In this document: in pieces, positions 1 to 12,024 of the stretch
How positions within the stretch are numbered: position 1 is the first letter of the stretch
How the letters are laid out: the number at the start of each line of letters is the position of its first letter
From: Pseudomonadota bacterium
GTDB lineage: Bacteria; Desulfobacterota; Binatia; UBA9968
DNA length: 64,000 nucleotides
Assembly: GCA_021324155.1 (NCBI GenBank)
Contig: JAJPJQ010000022.1
Location: 30,450-94,449, forward strand
Reading direction: 5' to 3'
The notes under the pieces: model-generated
Database searches by the model: none
What the model was told of the DNA's origin: nothing
The model's input: the letters and a program-made list of their open reading frames with translations, nothing else
Translations under genes and position numbers: made by a program

Positions 1-1
1 G

Positions 2-664
2 CGCCCCGACAAGAGCGGCGCGTTCGAGGTGCTGCTGACGCGCCGGCCGGACGCGATGCGCTTTCTCGGCGGGTTTTACGTTTTTCCCGGCGGCAGCATC
101 GAGGCGCAGGACCGCTCGCAAAACGTTCTCGCGCGCTGCCGCGGCCTCGCGCCGGAAGAAGCGGAAAAATTGTTGGGCAATACGTTGGGGCCGGAGCTCG
201 CCGTCGCGCACTGGGTCGCGGGCATCCGCGAGCTGTTCGAAGAGGTCGGCATCGTGCTGTTGAGCGATGAGAGCGGCGCCGAAGTCAGGAGCGACAGCCG
301 GAGCCGCGACAGATTCGAAGAGAAGCGCCAAGCTATCGTTGTGGGGACTTCGCACTTCGGCGAATTCTTGGAAGCGGAGAATCTCTACATCGATCTCCGC
401 CGCGCGGTCTACTTCGCGCACCGCGTCACGCCGGAATATTTTCCCATCCGCTTCGACACGCGCTTCTATCTCGCCGCCCTGCCGGAAGGCCAGAGCGCGC
501 TCGAATCCTCCGAAGAGGTTACGCACGCGTTATGGATCGCGCCCGCCGATGCGCTCAAAGAGGCGAACAAAAATCTGCCGATGCTCCCGCCGACGACGAC
601 GATGCTGCAGACGCTGAGCGGAATTGGTTCGTGGGAGAGCCTGCGCGAGAAGTTTGCGCTTTAA
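2..664 (+). CDS. NUDIX hydrolase, 5'-partial (reading frame is open to the window edge)
   Basis: The frame is open from nt 2 (RPDKSGAFEVLLTRRPDAMRFLGGFYVFPGG). It has a Nudix-box-like GIRELFEEVGI after a long insert. The stop TAA at 662-664 overlaps the next ATG. Confidence 0.75.
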   Translation, partial: RPDKSGAFEVLLTRRPDAMRFLGGFYVFPGGSIEAQDRSQNVLARCRGLAPEEAEKLLGNTLGPELAVAHWVAGIRELFEEVGIVLLSDESGAEVRSDSRSRDRFEEKRQAIVVGTSHFGEFLEAENLYIDLRRAVYFAHRVTPEYFPIRFDTRFYLAALPEGQSALESSEEVTHALWIAPADALKEANKNLPMLPPTTTMLQTLSGIGSWESLREKFAL

Positions 665-1068
665 TGGATGCAGGAGCCGACGTGACGTACACCGCCACAA
701 TTGATGGAACAAAAATCGTCGATCGGAAAAGTTTCCATGATGAGTTCCGGCGCGTTATGGACTTCTTCGACGGTTACGGCAGGAACATGGACGCGTGGAT
801 CGACTGCATGTCCGACATGTTTATAAATGGCGGGCTGACAAAGTTCGATCTCCGCAAGGAGGATGTTTTTGTTCTGAAAGTATCTGCAACGGAAGAATTC
901 CAACGCAGATGTCCGGAAATCTTCTCCGAATTTATTGCGTGCACGGCATTCGTTAATAAAGAGAGGGATGCGCGGCTTTTCCTAGAGTTGTGCTGGCGTC
1001 ACGGCCGGAACGCCTCGTTCACGGCCGAGTACGTCGCTCCCGGCTTCGGGCCGCCGGCGATCACGTAG
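664..1068 (+). CDS. barstar-family (RNase inhibitor/immunity-like) protein
   Basis: The ATG at 664 sits in a TAATG overlap with the NUDIX stop. The motif FHDEFRRVMDFFDGYGRNMDAWIDCMSD resembles the barstar core (YYGxNLDALWDCL). GC is visibly lower than in the neighbours. The 3' end overlaps the convergent Kelch gene by 70 nt. Confidence 0.6.
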   Translation: MDAGADVTYTATIDGTKIVDRKSFHDEFRRVMDFFDGYGRNMDAWIDCMSDMFINGGLTKFDLRKEDVFVLKVSATEEFQRRCPEIFSEFIACTAFVNKERDARLFLELCWRHGRNASFTAEYVAPGFGPPAIT

Positions 1069-1976
1069 ATCGTGTCGCCGACCACCGCCGCGCCAAGGCC
1101 GTGGCGTGCGGTCGGCATCGCCGCCATCCTGGTCCAGCTGTTTTTCGCCGGATCGTACGCCTCGTTCTCGTTGAAGGTCTTCTGCGTCGTCTCGCCGCCG
1201 AAGACAAAGATGCGCCCGCCGACAACGCCCGCGGCGATGCCGCTGCGCAGCGTTGGCAGGGCCGCGCGAGTCTGCCACTTATCAGTCGACGGATCGTATT
1301 CCTCGTTCATGTCGACGTTGTCGGAATGGCGGCCGTCGCGCCGGCCGCCGATCGCGTAGAGCTTGCCCGCGACGACGCCGATCGCGTGATGGTCGCGCGG
1401 CGACGGCAGCGGCGCGCGCTTGGTCCAAAGATTTTTCGCCGGATCGTATTCTTCGTTCGCCACGGCGTTGCGGTTGTTCGTGCCGACGCCGCCGATGGCG
1501 AAAATCTTGTCGCCGACGACGCCGACGGCGAGCGCGCCGCGCGCGGTCGGCAGCGGCGCAAGCGCGCGCCAGCGGTCGGCGGCGGGATCATATTCGTAGA
1601 CCGTGTCCATCGACTTCCCCGACGAGTAGCCGCCGATGACGTAGATCTTGCCGCCGACGGCGGCGGCGCCGATGTGATGAAGTTGGATCGGCAGCGGCGC
1701 GCGCTTGCGCCAGCGGTCGCCCTTCACGTCGTATTCCTCGACGAGATCGCCGCCCTTGCCGAAACCGCCGATAACGTAAATTTTATCGCCGAGCGCCGCC
1801 GCGGCGACCTCGGTGCGCGCAGTCGGCAGCGGCGATTTGATCGTCCAATGGCCGCCGTTATCCGCGGCGGCCGCCGGTGCAACTAGCGCGAATGAGGCGA
1901 GGACAATCAGCGCCGCGAGACAGGCTGCGATCTGTCGGGGAGAGCAGTGCACAGCTGCAATCAGGCGATGAGTCAA
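999..1976 (-). CDS. secreted Kelch-repeat beta-propeller protein
   Basis: N-terminal signal peptide (LAALIVLASFALVAPAAAA). There are six repeats of the pattern GGKIYVIGG ... RW ... APLP typical of Kelch motifs. Confidence 0.85.
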   Translation of the reverse strand: MTHRLIAAVHCSPRQIAACLAALIVLASFALVAPAAAADNGGHWTIKSPLPTARTEVAAAALGDKIYVIGGFGKGGDLVEEYDVKGDRWRKRAPLPIQLHHIGAAAVGGKIYVIGGYSSGKSMDTVYEYDPAADRWRALAPLPTARGALAVGVVGDKIFAIGGVGTNNRNAVANEEYDPAKNLWTKRAPLPSPRDHHAIGVVAGKLYAIGGRRDGRHSDNVDMNEEYDPSTDKWQTRAALPTLRSGIAAGVVGGRIFVFGGETTQKTFNENEAYDPAKNSWTRMAAMPTARHGLGAAVVGDTIYVIAGGPKPGATYSAVNEAFRP

Positions 1977-1995
1977 AATGGAATCGTCGACAGGA

Positions 1996-2181
1996 TTAGT
2001 GCTTGGGCTCTATTCTCTTGCCGTAGGTGATCTCGCCTTTGTCGACCCTGAGAGAAAAGCCACAATCCGGGTTGGTGCACGCCCATGCTTTGAACGTTAC
2101 GGAAGCGCCTTCCTGACCGTAATCGGACAGCGGAATCAGCAGACCGTTGTTGCACTTCTGGCATTTCGGCAGTTCCATCAC
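1996..2181 (-). CDS. small zinc-ribbon protein (four Cys)
   Basis: 61 aa with CQKC ... CTNPDC. It shares the motif (A/V)C(T/S)xPxCxF with the 50-aa ORF at 25854-26006. Confidence 0.55.
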   Translation of the reverse strand: MMELPKCQKCNNGLLIPLSDYGQEGASVTFKAWACTNPDCGFSLRVDKGEITYGKRIEPKH

Positions 2182-2377
2182 CGCACCTCCTTTCGGCTCA
2201 GCAAGCAGGAACTACGATAAAAAGCTTATAGAACGGTCTAGGCTTGGTCAAGGAAGTGCATTCGAGATTTCTTTGAAAAGAAAATAGGCCGGAATCGACG
2301 CCGTCACATGGAAATCGCCCGATTGTCGATGAGCGTGCCGGAGGGTGATTGCTCGGTACAGGTAACGGCCGGCGGCG

Positions 2378-3469
2378 CTAGCCGTAGAAGCGCTTGGCGT
2401 TCTCTTCGAGCAGTTTGCCCTTCGCGCCTGCGGGCAGGTCGTCACGCTCCTGCAGGTAGCGCGCGGTGCCCTCGGTGCGGTCGGCGTGCGGGTAATCGGA
2501 TGAGAAGAGCAGCTTGTCCTTGCCGAGCTCCTGCACGATGCGCCCGAGGTTCGCCTCGTTGCCCTCGCAGCCGAAGAAAATACGCCCCGAGTTCAAGTAT
2601 TCGCTCGGCGGACGCTCGATCATCTGGCGCGCGTTATAGCGCGGGTTTTCGAAATGATCGTCCATGCGCTCGACGTACGCCGGCACCCAGTTGCAGCCGC
2701 CTTCAAGGAACGCGAAGCGAAGCTTCGGATAGCGATCGAGGAGGCCGGTGCACATGACGCTCGTGAAGCCGGCCATGATGGGGAAAATTCCCGCGATCAC
2801 GCGGTTGGGAAAGAAATGCGGGAACAGCTCGCTGACGGCGGGGAACTCGAGGCTGAAATGGACGGCGATCGGCAGGTTCACCCGGTTCGCCTCGGCGAAA
2901 AACGCCTCGTGCGAAGGATGGTCGAGGCGGTGATCGCCGATCGTGCCGTTCACCATGATGGCCGCGAGGCCGAGCTCTTTGATGCGCGCGACTTCCTTGG
3001 CGGCGCCTTCGCCGTCGACGAGGCAGACGAGGCCCACGCCTTTCAGGCGGTCCGGCGCCTGCGCGCAGGTTTTCGCGAGCCACGTATTGTAGGCGCGGCA
3101 GACGCCGTTGCCGAGCACGCCGTCATGCCACGCGTTGATGTGGAGCAAAAAGCTTGGGTAGAGATACTGGAGATCGATGCCCTCCTTATCGAGGTCTTCC
3201 AGCCGCTCTTTGATGTTCGCGAGCGTCTGGCTTCCCGGGGAGGCGCGGCGCGGCCCCTGGAGCTTTTTTCCCGGAGGGGCGGCCGAGCCGGGATTGCCCG
3301 CGCCGAGGACGCTCGGCCGCTTGTAGCGCGTCGTGCCGTCGAACACCCAGAAGTTCGCGCCCTCCTCGTCGCCGACGAGCCGGGGACGATAATTGCGCAG
3401 CGGCGGCTCCATGTATTTTTCGAAGACCTCTTCGGTTTCGAACAGGTGCCCGTCGGCATCGATGATCAT
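2378..3469 (-). CDS. amidohydrolase-2 family metal-dependent hydrolase
   Basis: The N-terminus MIIDADGHLFE and the C-terminal FSSDYPHAD are typical of the ACMSD-like amidohydrolase_2 fold. AAGGAG RBS upstream. Confidence 0.8.
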   Translation of the reverse strand: MIIDADGHLFETEEVFEKYMEPPLRNYRPRLVGDEEGANFWVFDGTTRYKRPSVLGAGNPGSAAPPGKKLQGPRRASPGSQTLANIKERLEDLDKEGIDLQYLYPSFLLHINAWHDGVLGNGVCRAYNTWLAKTCAQAPDRLKGVGLVCLVDGEGAAKEVARIKELGLAAIMVNGTIGDHRLDHPSHEAFFAEANRVNLPIAVHFSLEFPAVSELFPHFFPNRVIAGIFPIMAGFTSVMCTGLLDRYPKLRFAFLEGGCNWVPAYVERMDDHFENPRYNARQMIERPPSEYLNSGRIFFGCEGNEANLGRIVQELGKDKLLFSSDYPHADRTEGTARYLQERDDLPAGAKGKLLEENAKRFYG

Positions 3470-3714
3470 CGTGTCTCCTTATTTTGTTTCATCCGAACCC
3501 ATGCGCCAGCGCGCGAGTTTTCGGCCCGCGGCCGATAGAGCAGTACCATGAGCCGAAATTACCGAGTCGGACAGCCGCGGTCCTCTTCCTCACGCTCCTC
3601 GCGCCTACAGCGAGCCGATGTCCGTTCGGAAAGTCCGCGCGTCCGGTTACCGGCGCTCGGAATGAGCAGTATCCCATCGCGCGGACTTGGAGAATGGGTG
3701 CCGGCGAGCCATCT

Positions 3715-4812
3715 TTATTCCGCTAAACCGATCGCTTTTAAATCCACTTCCACGCCCAGCCCCGGCTTTTCCGGCGCCGACGCGAAGCCCTCGACCACTT
3801 CGAAACCGCGCACGGGATCGTCCGCCATGCGCTCGAACTCGCCGATCTCGCACGGCAGGCGAAGATTTCTGAGACTCGCCGCGAGATGCGCGTTCGCGGC
3901 GTCCAGCAGCCGGCTGCCGGGAGCCGTGCCGACGAGATAATCGACGCCCGCCGCTTCGCAGACAGCCGCGGCCTTCCGCGCTTTGAAGATGCCGCCCATC
4001 TTGGGAATCTTCAGGCTGATCACGTCCGCGGCGCCGGCGTCGATGATTCGGAGCGCGTCGGTCGCCGAGTTGACCGCCTCGTCGGCCATCACGAGCGGCC
4101 TTACTTCCTGGCGCACCAGCGCCATGCCCTTCAAGTCGGTGAGCTTCACGGGCTGCTCGACCAGCGCGACGTCGTACGGCTCCATCGCCTCGATGCTGAC
4201 GATCGCTTCCTTGGCCGAGCACGCCTGGTTGAAGTCGATGGTGATCGTCGCGCCCGGCCCGACCGCCTCGCGCACGCGCTTGACGCGTTCGACGTCTTCC
4301 TTCACCGTCGTGCCGACCTTGAGCTTGAAGGCCGAGTAGCCGCGCTTGGCCAATTCGCCCGAGCGCTCCGCCATGACTTTCGGCTCGAACATGCCCATGA
4401 GCCGCGTGACGCGGACGCGCGGGTGGATCACGCCGCCGAAGAGGCGGTTGCACGGCGCTTTCACTGCTTTGCCGCAGAGATCGTAGAGCGCGAGGTCGAT
4501 GCCGGCCTTCGGCCGCTCCGCGCCGCGGACGACCTGGTCGAGCTTGTGCATGATCGCCTCGATGTCGAACGGATCCGCGCCGACGATCGCCGGGCCGAAG
4601 CGGTTGTTGACCATCTCCAAAACGTTCACGCCGGTGTCGCCGGCGATAAAGAGCGCGCCGGGGCTCGCGATGCCGATTCCGGCGAGCTTCTCGTCGGTGT
4701 CGATGCGGACGAAAATCAGCTCGTGCGTGTCGTGGCCGCCGAGCGAGGTCTTCCAGCCCGTCATCGTGTTGCGGACCTTGTGCGAGACCGCGCGGACTTT
4801 AGTGATCTTCAT
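3715..4812 (-). CDS. enolase-superfamily enzyme (mandelate racemase/muconate lactonizing, dipeptide-epimerase-like)
   Basis: 365 aa. It has an MR/MLE-like capping domain, then a barrel with KLKVG, ITIDFNQ, VEQP and ADE motifs. Confidence 0.8.
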   Translation of the reverse strand: MKITKVRAVSHKVRNTMTGWKTSLGGHDTHELIFVRIDTDEKLAGIGIASPGALFIAGDTGVNVLEMVNNRFGPAIVGADPFDIEAIMHKLDQVVRGAERPKAGIDLALYDLCGKAVKAPCNRLFGGVIHPRVRVTRLMGMFEPKVMAERSGELAKRGYSAFKLKVGTTVKEDVERVKRVREAVGPGATITIDFNQACSAKEAIVSIEAMEPYDVALVEQPVKLTDLKGMALVRQEVRPLVMADEAVNSATDALRIIDAGAADVISLKIPKMGGIFKARKAAAVCEAAGVDYLVGTAPGSRLLDAANAHLAASLRNLRLPCEIGEFERMADDPVRGFEVVEGFASAPEKPGLGVEVDLKAIGLAE

Positions 4813-4918
4813 GGCTCGTCTCCGTGGGACTTTTGTATTTACCTCCGCGGCGGCGATGTTTGCAACAGCGCGGCGGACAATGTGCGCGGCTCAAGCGCCG
4901 CGCCGTACGAATTTCTCA

Positions 4919-4947
4919 TTGACACCCTTCCCCGCGATCGATATAGT
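4919..4947 (+). promoter_or_regulatory. candidate sigma-70 promoter for kdsB operon (TTGACA-N17-TATAGT)
   Basis: Perfect -35 hexamer, exact 17-nt spacer and near-consensus -10, about 110 nt upstream of the kdsB ATG. Confidence 0.45.
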
Positions 4948-5055
4948 TAAATTCCGTGATGCGCTTTCCGAGAAGGCCATCGCGGCTTTTTATTTTTAGC
5001 GGCAAAACTCTGAGTATGATGCCTTCGGCCCCCCCGTTCGCGCTCAGAGTTTGAC

Positions 5056-7471
<2,416 letters not shown>

Positions 7472-7564
7472 TCGTCTGAAAACAATCCGCCCACGCGCGC
7501 CAGCGAACGCTCGCGCGAAAATTAAATTTGCAATCTCCATAGCTGGATGGTCTACTGACCGCGG

Positions 7565-8395
7565 ATGGCGAATCGGAAAACTGTAAAGATCGGCGGCTTC
7601 CAGATCGGCGGCGGAAAACCGCTCGCGCTGATCGCCGGCCCGTGCGTGATCGAGAGCGCCGACTCCGCGCTGCGGCACGCGGCGGCGCTCAAGCAGATCG
7701 CCGACCGCGCCGGCGTGCCGTTCGTCTTCAAATGTTCCTACGATAAGGCCAACCGGACCTCGCTGGAATCGTTTCGCGGCCCGGGCATCGACGAGGGCTT
7801 GAAAATTCTCGCCAAGGTGCGGCGCGACATCGGCGTGCCGGTGCTCACCGACGTCCACGAGATCGATCAGATCGCGGCGGCGGCGGACGCCGTCGACGTG
7901 CTGCAGATCCCGGCGTTTCTCTGCCGGCAGACCGATTTCGTTCTCGCCGTCGCGCGCGCGGGTAAAGTCGTCAACATCAAGAAGGGACAGTTCCTCGCGC
8001 CGTGGGACGTGAAAAATATCGTCGAGAAGGTCGTCTCGACCGGCAACGAGCAGGTGACGGTGACCGAGCGCGGCGCGTCGTTCGGCTACAACAATCTCGT
8101 GTCGGACATGCGCTCGCTGGTCGTGCTCGGCGACTTCGGCTATCCCGTCGTCTTCGACGCGACGCACAGCCTGCAGCAGCCCGGCGGCCTCGGCAAAGCG
8201 TCGGGCGGCGAGCGGCGCTACATCCCGGCGCTCGCGCGCGCCGCGGCGGCCGTCGGCATCGACGCGCTGTTCATGGAAGTGCACGAGGACCCCGATCGCG
8301 CGCTCAGCGACGGACCCAACTCGCTCGCGCTCAACGATCTCGAAGACCTGCTCAAGCGCGTCAAAGAAATCGACGGGCTGGTCAAGAAACGATAA
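7565..8395 (+). CDS. kdsA: 2-dehydro-3-deoxyphosphooctonate aldolase (Kdo8P synthase)
   Basis: FVFKCSYDKANRTS, QIPAFLCRQTD and FDATHSLQ motifs. 276 aa. Confidence 0.95.
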   Translation: MANRKTVKIGGFQIGGGKPLALIAGPCVIESADSALRHAAALKQIADRAGVPFVFKCSYDKANRTSLESFRGPGIDEGLKILAKVRRDIGVPVLTDVHEIDQIAAAADAVDVLQIPAFLCRQTDFVLAVARAGKVVNIKKGQFLAPWDVKNIVEKVVSTGNEQVTVTERGASFGYNNLVSDMRSLVVLGDFGYPVVFDATHSLQQPGGLGKASGGERRYIPALARAAAAVGIDALFMEVHEDPDRALSDGPNSLALNDLEDLLKRVKEIDGLVKKR

Positions 8396-8398
8396 GGA

Positions 8399-9367
8399 AT
8401 GGACGCCGACAAGACGCTCAAGCGCGCGCGCGACGTGCTGGATATCGAGGCGCGCGGAATTCTCTCCCTCACCGACCGGTTGGACGAGAGCTTCGTCCGC
8501 GCCGTGGATCTACTCTACCGCTGCAAGGGCAAAGTCGTGGTCACCGGCCTCGGCAAATCGGGGCTTATCTGCCGCAAGATCGCCGCGACGCTCTCCAGCA
8601 CCGGCACGCCGTCGCTGTTTCTCCACGCCGGCGACGCCAACCACGGCGACATGGGCATGATCAACAAGGGCGACGTCGTGCTCGCGGTATCGAACAGCGG
8701 CGAGACCGAAGAGATGCTGAAATTCGTCCCGCTCATCAAGCGGCTGGGCGTGAAGCTCATCACCATGACCGGCAACGCCGATTCGAATCTCTCGCGCGCG
8801 GCCGATGTGGCCCTGAACGCGGCCGTGAAAGAGGAAGCCTGTCCGCTCGGTCTCTCGCCGACGGCGAGCACAACCGCCGCGCTCGCGCTGGGCGACGCGC
8901 TGGCCGTCGTATTGCTCGAAAAGCGCGGCTTCAAAGAAGAGGATTTCGCGCTGCGCCACCCCGGCGGCACGCTGGGGCGAAAGCTCCTGCTGCGCGTCGA
9001 AGAGCTGATGCACCAGGGCGCCGAGCTGCCGCTCGTGAGCGAGGAAACGCCGATGAAAGAGGCGATCCTCGAGATCACCTCGAAGCGCCTCGGCGTCACC
9101 GGCGTCGTGAACGGCCAGGGGCTGCTCGTCGGCGTGATTACCGACGGCGATCTGCGCCGCGGTCTGGAAAAGAAGGGCGATATCTTCCGCTACCAGGCGA
9201 AAGACATCATGACGGCGAATCCGAAGACGATCCGCGGCGACGCGCTAGCCGCGACCGCGATGGGGATCATGGAAGAGCAGGGGCCGATAACTTCGCTTTT
9301 TATCCTCGAAGGAAAGAAGCCGGTCGGCGTCATTCACCTCCACGATCTCTTGAAGGCGGGCATTTAG
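8399..9367 (+). CDS. kdsD: arabinose-5-phosphate isomerase (SIS + tandem CBS)
   Basis: SIS domain (VVVTGLGKSG, SNSGETEE) followed by two CBS domains. 322 aa. Confidence 0.93.
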   Translation: MDADKTLKRARDVLDIEARGILSLTDRLDESFVRAVDLLYRCKGKVVVTGLGKSGLICRKIAATLSSTGTPSLFLHAGDANHGDMGMINKGDVVLAVSNSGETEEMLKFVPLIKRLGVKLITMTGNADSNLSRAADVALNAAVKEEACPLGLSPTASTTAALALGDALAVVLLEKRGFKEEDFALRHPGGTLGRKLLLRVEELMHQGAELPLVSEETPMKEAILEITSKRLGVTGVVNGQGLLVGVITDGDLRRGLEKKGDIFRYQAKDIMTANPKTIRGDALAATAMGIMEEQGPITSLFILEGKKPVGVIHLHDLLKAGI

Positions 9368-9371
9368 CGCC

Positions 9372-9911
9372 GTGCCCCGAACCCCTTCCTCCGTCCGCGA
9401 CCGGGCCAGGAAAATCAAGCTGCTGCTGCTCGATTTGGACGGGGTTTTGACCGATGGCGGCATCGTGATCGACGGCACCGGCGATGAATTCAAGCGCTTC
9501 GATGTGCGCGACGGCCACGGCATCCGGCTGCTCCAGCGCGCCGGCATTCGCCTTGGAATCATCTCCGGCCGCGCGGCGAAAGCCGCGCGCCACCGCGCCC
9601 GCGACCTGGACGTCGAGCTTTTCTTTCAAGGGGTAGACGATAAACTGGCGGTGTATGAGAAGATAAAACGGATGACCAAACTGACCGACCAAGAGATAGC
9701 CTACGTCGGCGACGATATGGTCGACCTGCCCGTGCTTCGCCGGGTGGGCCTGGCCGTCGCGATCGCCGACGGCTGGCAAGACCTCAAGCAACATGTCCAC
9801 TATACGACGCGTCTCGCCGGCGGCCGCGGCGCCGTAAGGGAAGTTATCGAATTGCTTCTAAAAAGCCAAAATAAGTGGAAGGAAGTTACCGCCAAATACT
9901 ACCGTTCCTGA
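9372..9911 (+). CDS. kdsC: Kdo-8-phosphate phosphatase (HAD)
   Basis: LLLLDLDGVLTDG HAD motif I and YVGDDMVDLP motif. GTG start. 179 aa. Confidence 0.9.
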   Translation: MPRTPSSVRDRARKIKLLLLDLDGVLTDGGIVIDGTGDEFKRFDVRDGHGIRLLQRAGIRLGIISGRAAKAARHRARDLDVELFFQGVDDKLAVYEKIKRMTKLTDQEIAYVGDDMVDLPVLRRVGLAVAIADGWQDLKQHVHYTTRLAGGRGAVREVIELLLKSQNKWKEVTAKYYRS

Positions 9912-9950
9912 AAATTCTCACCTAATCAAGCAAATTTCGTGCCCGTCAAC

Positions 9951-9979
9951 TTTACAGGTTCTTTGAAAGGTGGTATTTT
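9951..9979 (+). promoter_or_regulatory. candidate internal sigma-70 promoter upstream of lptC (TTTACA-N17-TATTTT)
   Basis: Hexamers with a 17-nt spacer in the 89-nt kdsC-lptC gap. Confidence 0.3.
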
Positions 9980-10000
9980 GCGCACAATAAGGGGAGCGCC

Positions 10001-10633
10001 ATGAGCGGACGCAGGTTTAGAACCATACTCCTGGTGGGGATTTCGGCCCTCCTGGGCATCGTCGTGTACAAGGTTGGCGAGAGCATGTGGCGGACCAACG
10101 CGAAAGATTTCAGGAATAAAATCGCCAGAGCCACTCTCGAAAACCTTCCGGAAAGCGCCCTAACGATCAAGGACTTTCACCGCGCGCAAGTCGACGGCGA
10201 CCGCAAGGTCTGGGAAGTCTTCGGCGACGAGGCCCGCTACAATAAGGACGAAAAGCTTCTGGCGGTCCAGAAAGCGCGCATACTCTTTTTCCAGAAGGAC
10301 GACACGACCATCGAGGCGGTCGGCAAGCAGGGCAACCTGTGGATGGGCGAAGGCCAAAGCGACCTGGAAAAGGCACAGCTTTTGGGCGACGTCGAGGTCA
10401 CCTTCCGCGGCTACGTTTTGCGGACGAACGAGATCCTCTACTTCAAGAGCCGAAACATGATGGTCCTGCCCAGCCGCGTATCGATCAAGGGCGAAGGCAT
10501 GGAGCTCGACGGCTCCCACATGGAAATCAGTCTCAACGACGAAAAGCTCCGTCTCAACGGCAACGTCAAGACCAAGGTCGTGCCGAACAAACTCCCGACG
10601 AAGGGACGCTCCGATGAAAACAACGCAGGCTGA
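10001..10633 (+). CDS. lptC: LPS export system protein LptC
   Basis: Single N-terminal TM segment followed by an OstA-like beta-jellyroll. It holds the conserved position between kdsC and lptA. Confidence 0.8.
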   Translation: MSGRRFRTILLVGISALLGIVVYKVGESMWRTNAKDFRNKIARATLENLPESALTIKDFHRAQVDGDRKVWEVFGDEARYNKDEKLLAVQKARILFFQKDDTTIEAVGKQGNLWMGEGQSDLEKAQLLGDVEVTFRGYVLRTNEILYFKSRNMMVLPSRVSIKGEGMELDGSHMEISLNDEKLRLNGNVKTKVVPNKLPTKGRSDENNAG

Positions 10634-11303
10634 GCCGGTGCGTTGGATTGCCGCTCTGGCGTTGTGCTTACTTTTGACGCCGCTGCACGTTGCGCCGGCA
10701 TCCGCGGCGCAGGCCGAAAAAAAGAGCGATCAAAAGGCCAAGTCAAATCAAAAGAGCGAAGACAAAGGCGAGACGAAGAAAAAATCCCAGGGCGGGGCAT
10801 TCGGCGGCAATCAGGAGCCGATTTATATCACGTCCGACCGCATGGAGGCCGACCGGCAAAAGAACGTGCTCATCTATACGGGCCAAGTCGTCGCCATTAA
10901 AGGCGACATGACGCTTAGGAGCGACAAGCTCACGACCTATTTCGATCCCGACCTGCAGCAGATCAAAGAAGCGATCGCCGAAGGCAAACAAGTTCGCATG
11001 ACCCAGGGCGAGCGCATCGCGATCGGAACGAGGGCCGTCTTCGACGGCGTCGCACAGACGATCACGATGACCGGGAACCCGGTCGTGCGCCAGGGCAACA
11101 GCGAAGTCGCCGGAAGTAAAATTGTCTACTTCATGGTCGAAGACCGCGTGACCGTCGAAAGCGGCAAAGACACGCCGCGCGTCACCGGGACGATTTTTCC
11201 CTCAGAACTCCAGCAGAAAGACGACGGCGATCAAAAAGCCGACCAAAAGAAGGAAAAAACGAATACGAAAGAGAAGGAGAAGACGACGGCGAAAGGCAAA
11301 TGA
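10614..11303 (+). CDS. lptA: LPS transport periplasmic protein LptA (OstA_N) with Lys-rich tails
   Basis: Signal peptide and an OstA_N core ([21 protein letters not shown] ... [21 protein letters not shown]). Lys/Glu/Asp-rich low-complexity stretches lie at both ends of the mature protein. Confidence 0.85.
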   Translation: MKTTQAEPVRWIAALALCLLLTPLHVAPASAAQAEKKSDQKAKSNQKSEDKGETKKKSQGGAFGGNQEPIYITSDRMEADRQKNVLIYTGQVVAIKGDMTLRSDKLTTYFDPDLQQIKEAIAEGKQVRMTQGERIAIGTRAVFDGVAQTITMTGNPVVRQGNSEVAGSKIVYFMVEDRVTVESGKDTPRVTGTIFPSELQQKDDGDQKADQKKEKTNTKEKEKTTAKGK

Positions 11304-12022
11304 GCCAACTTCTCTCAGAAGGCGTAACCAAGTCCTACACCGGGCGCCGCGTCGTCGACGGCGTCAGCCTCAACGTCAACGGCGGAGAGGTGGTCGGACT
11401 ACTAGGTCCGAACGGCGCCGGCAAGACGACCACGTTTCATATGATGGTCGGCCTCGTCCATCCGGACGGCGGCAAAGTCCTGTTGAACGGCGAAGATCTG
11501 ACGGCGATGCCGATCTATCAGCGCGCCCGCGCGGGCCTCAGCTATCTGCCGCAGGAGTCTTCGGTGTTCCGGCGGCTGACCGTGGAGGAGAACCTGCTCG
11601 CGATCCTCGAAACGCTCGATCTCTCGGACGATGAGCAGCACGACCGCGCGCTCAGGCTCATGCAGATGCTCGGCGTCGCGGATCTCGCGAAGCAGAAAGC
11701 GCTGACGCTCTCCGGCGGCGAGCGACGCCGCGTCGAGATCGCCCGCGCGCTCGTGCTCTCCCCCTTCTTCGTGCTCCTCGACGAGCCTTTTACCGGCATC
11801 GACCCGATTGCGGTCTCCGAGATTCAGAAAATCATTCGCAAGCTCAGCGGCAGCGGCATCGGCGTTCTCATCACGGACCACAACGTCCGCGAGACGCTCG
11901 GCATCTGCGACCGCGCTTACATCATCAACGAAGGCGTCGTGCTCGAGGAAGGCACGCCGGAGAAGATCGCGGTCAGCCCGCGGGCGCGGGAAGTTTATCT
12001 TGGGGAAGGTTTCAGGCTTTAA
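11300..12022 (+). CDS. lptB: LPS export ABC transporter ATP-binding protein
   Basis: Walker [10 protein letters not shown], signature LSGGERRR and Walker B VLLDEP. 240 aa. Position immediately before rpoN. Confidence 0.93.
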   Translation: MSQLLSEGVTKSYTGRRVVDGVSLNVNGGEVVGLLGPNGAGKTTTFHMMVGLVHPDGGKVLLNGEDLTAMPIYQRARAGLSYLPQESSVFRRLTVEENLLAILETLDLSDDEQHDRALRLMQMLGVADLAKQKALTLSGGERRRVEIARALVLSPFFVLLDEPFTGIDPIAVSEIQKIIRKLSGSGIGVLITDHNVRETLGICDRAYIINEGVVLEEGTPEKIAVSPRAREVYLGEGFRL

Positions 12023-12024
12023 CC

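Noticed and set aside
7494-7517. GC hairpin after pyrG as an intrinsic terminator
   Set aside because: The stem is bulged (6+3 bp). It is followed by AAAATTAAATTT rather than a U-tract. kdsA follows closely in the same orientation, so read-through is more likely.
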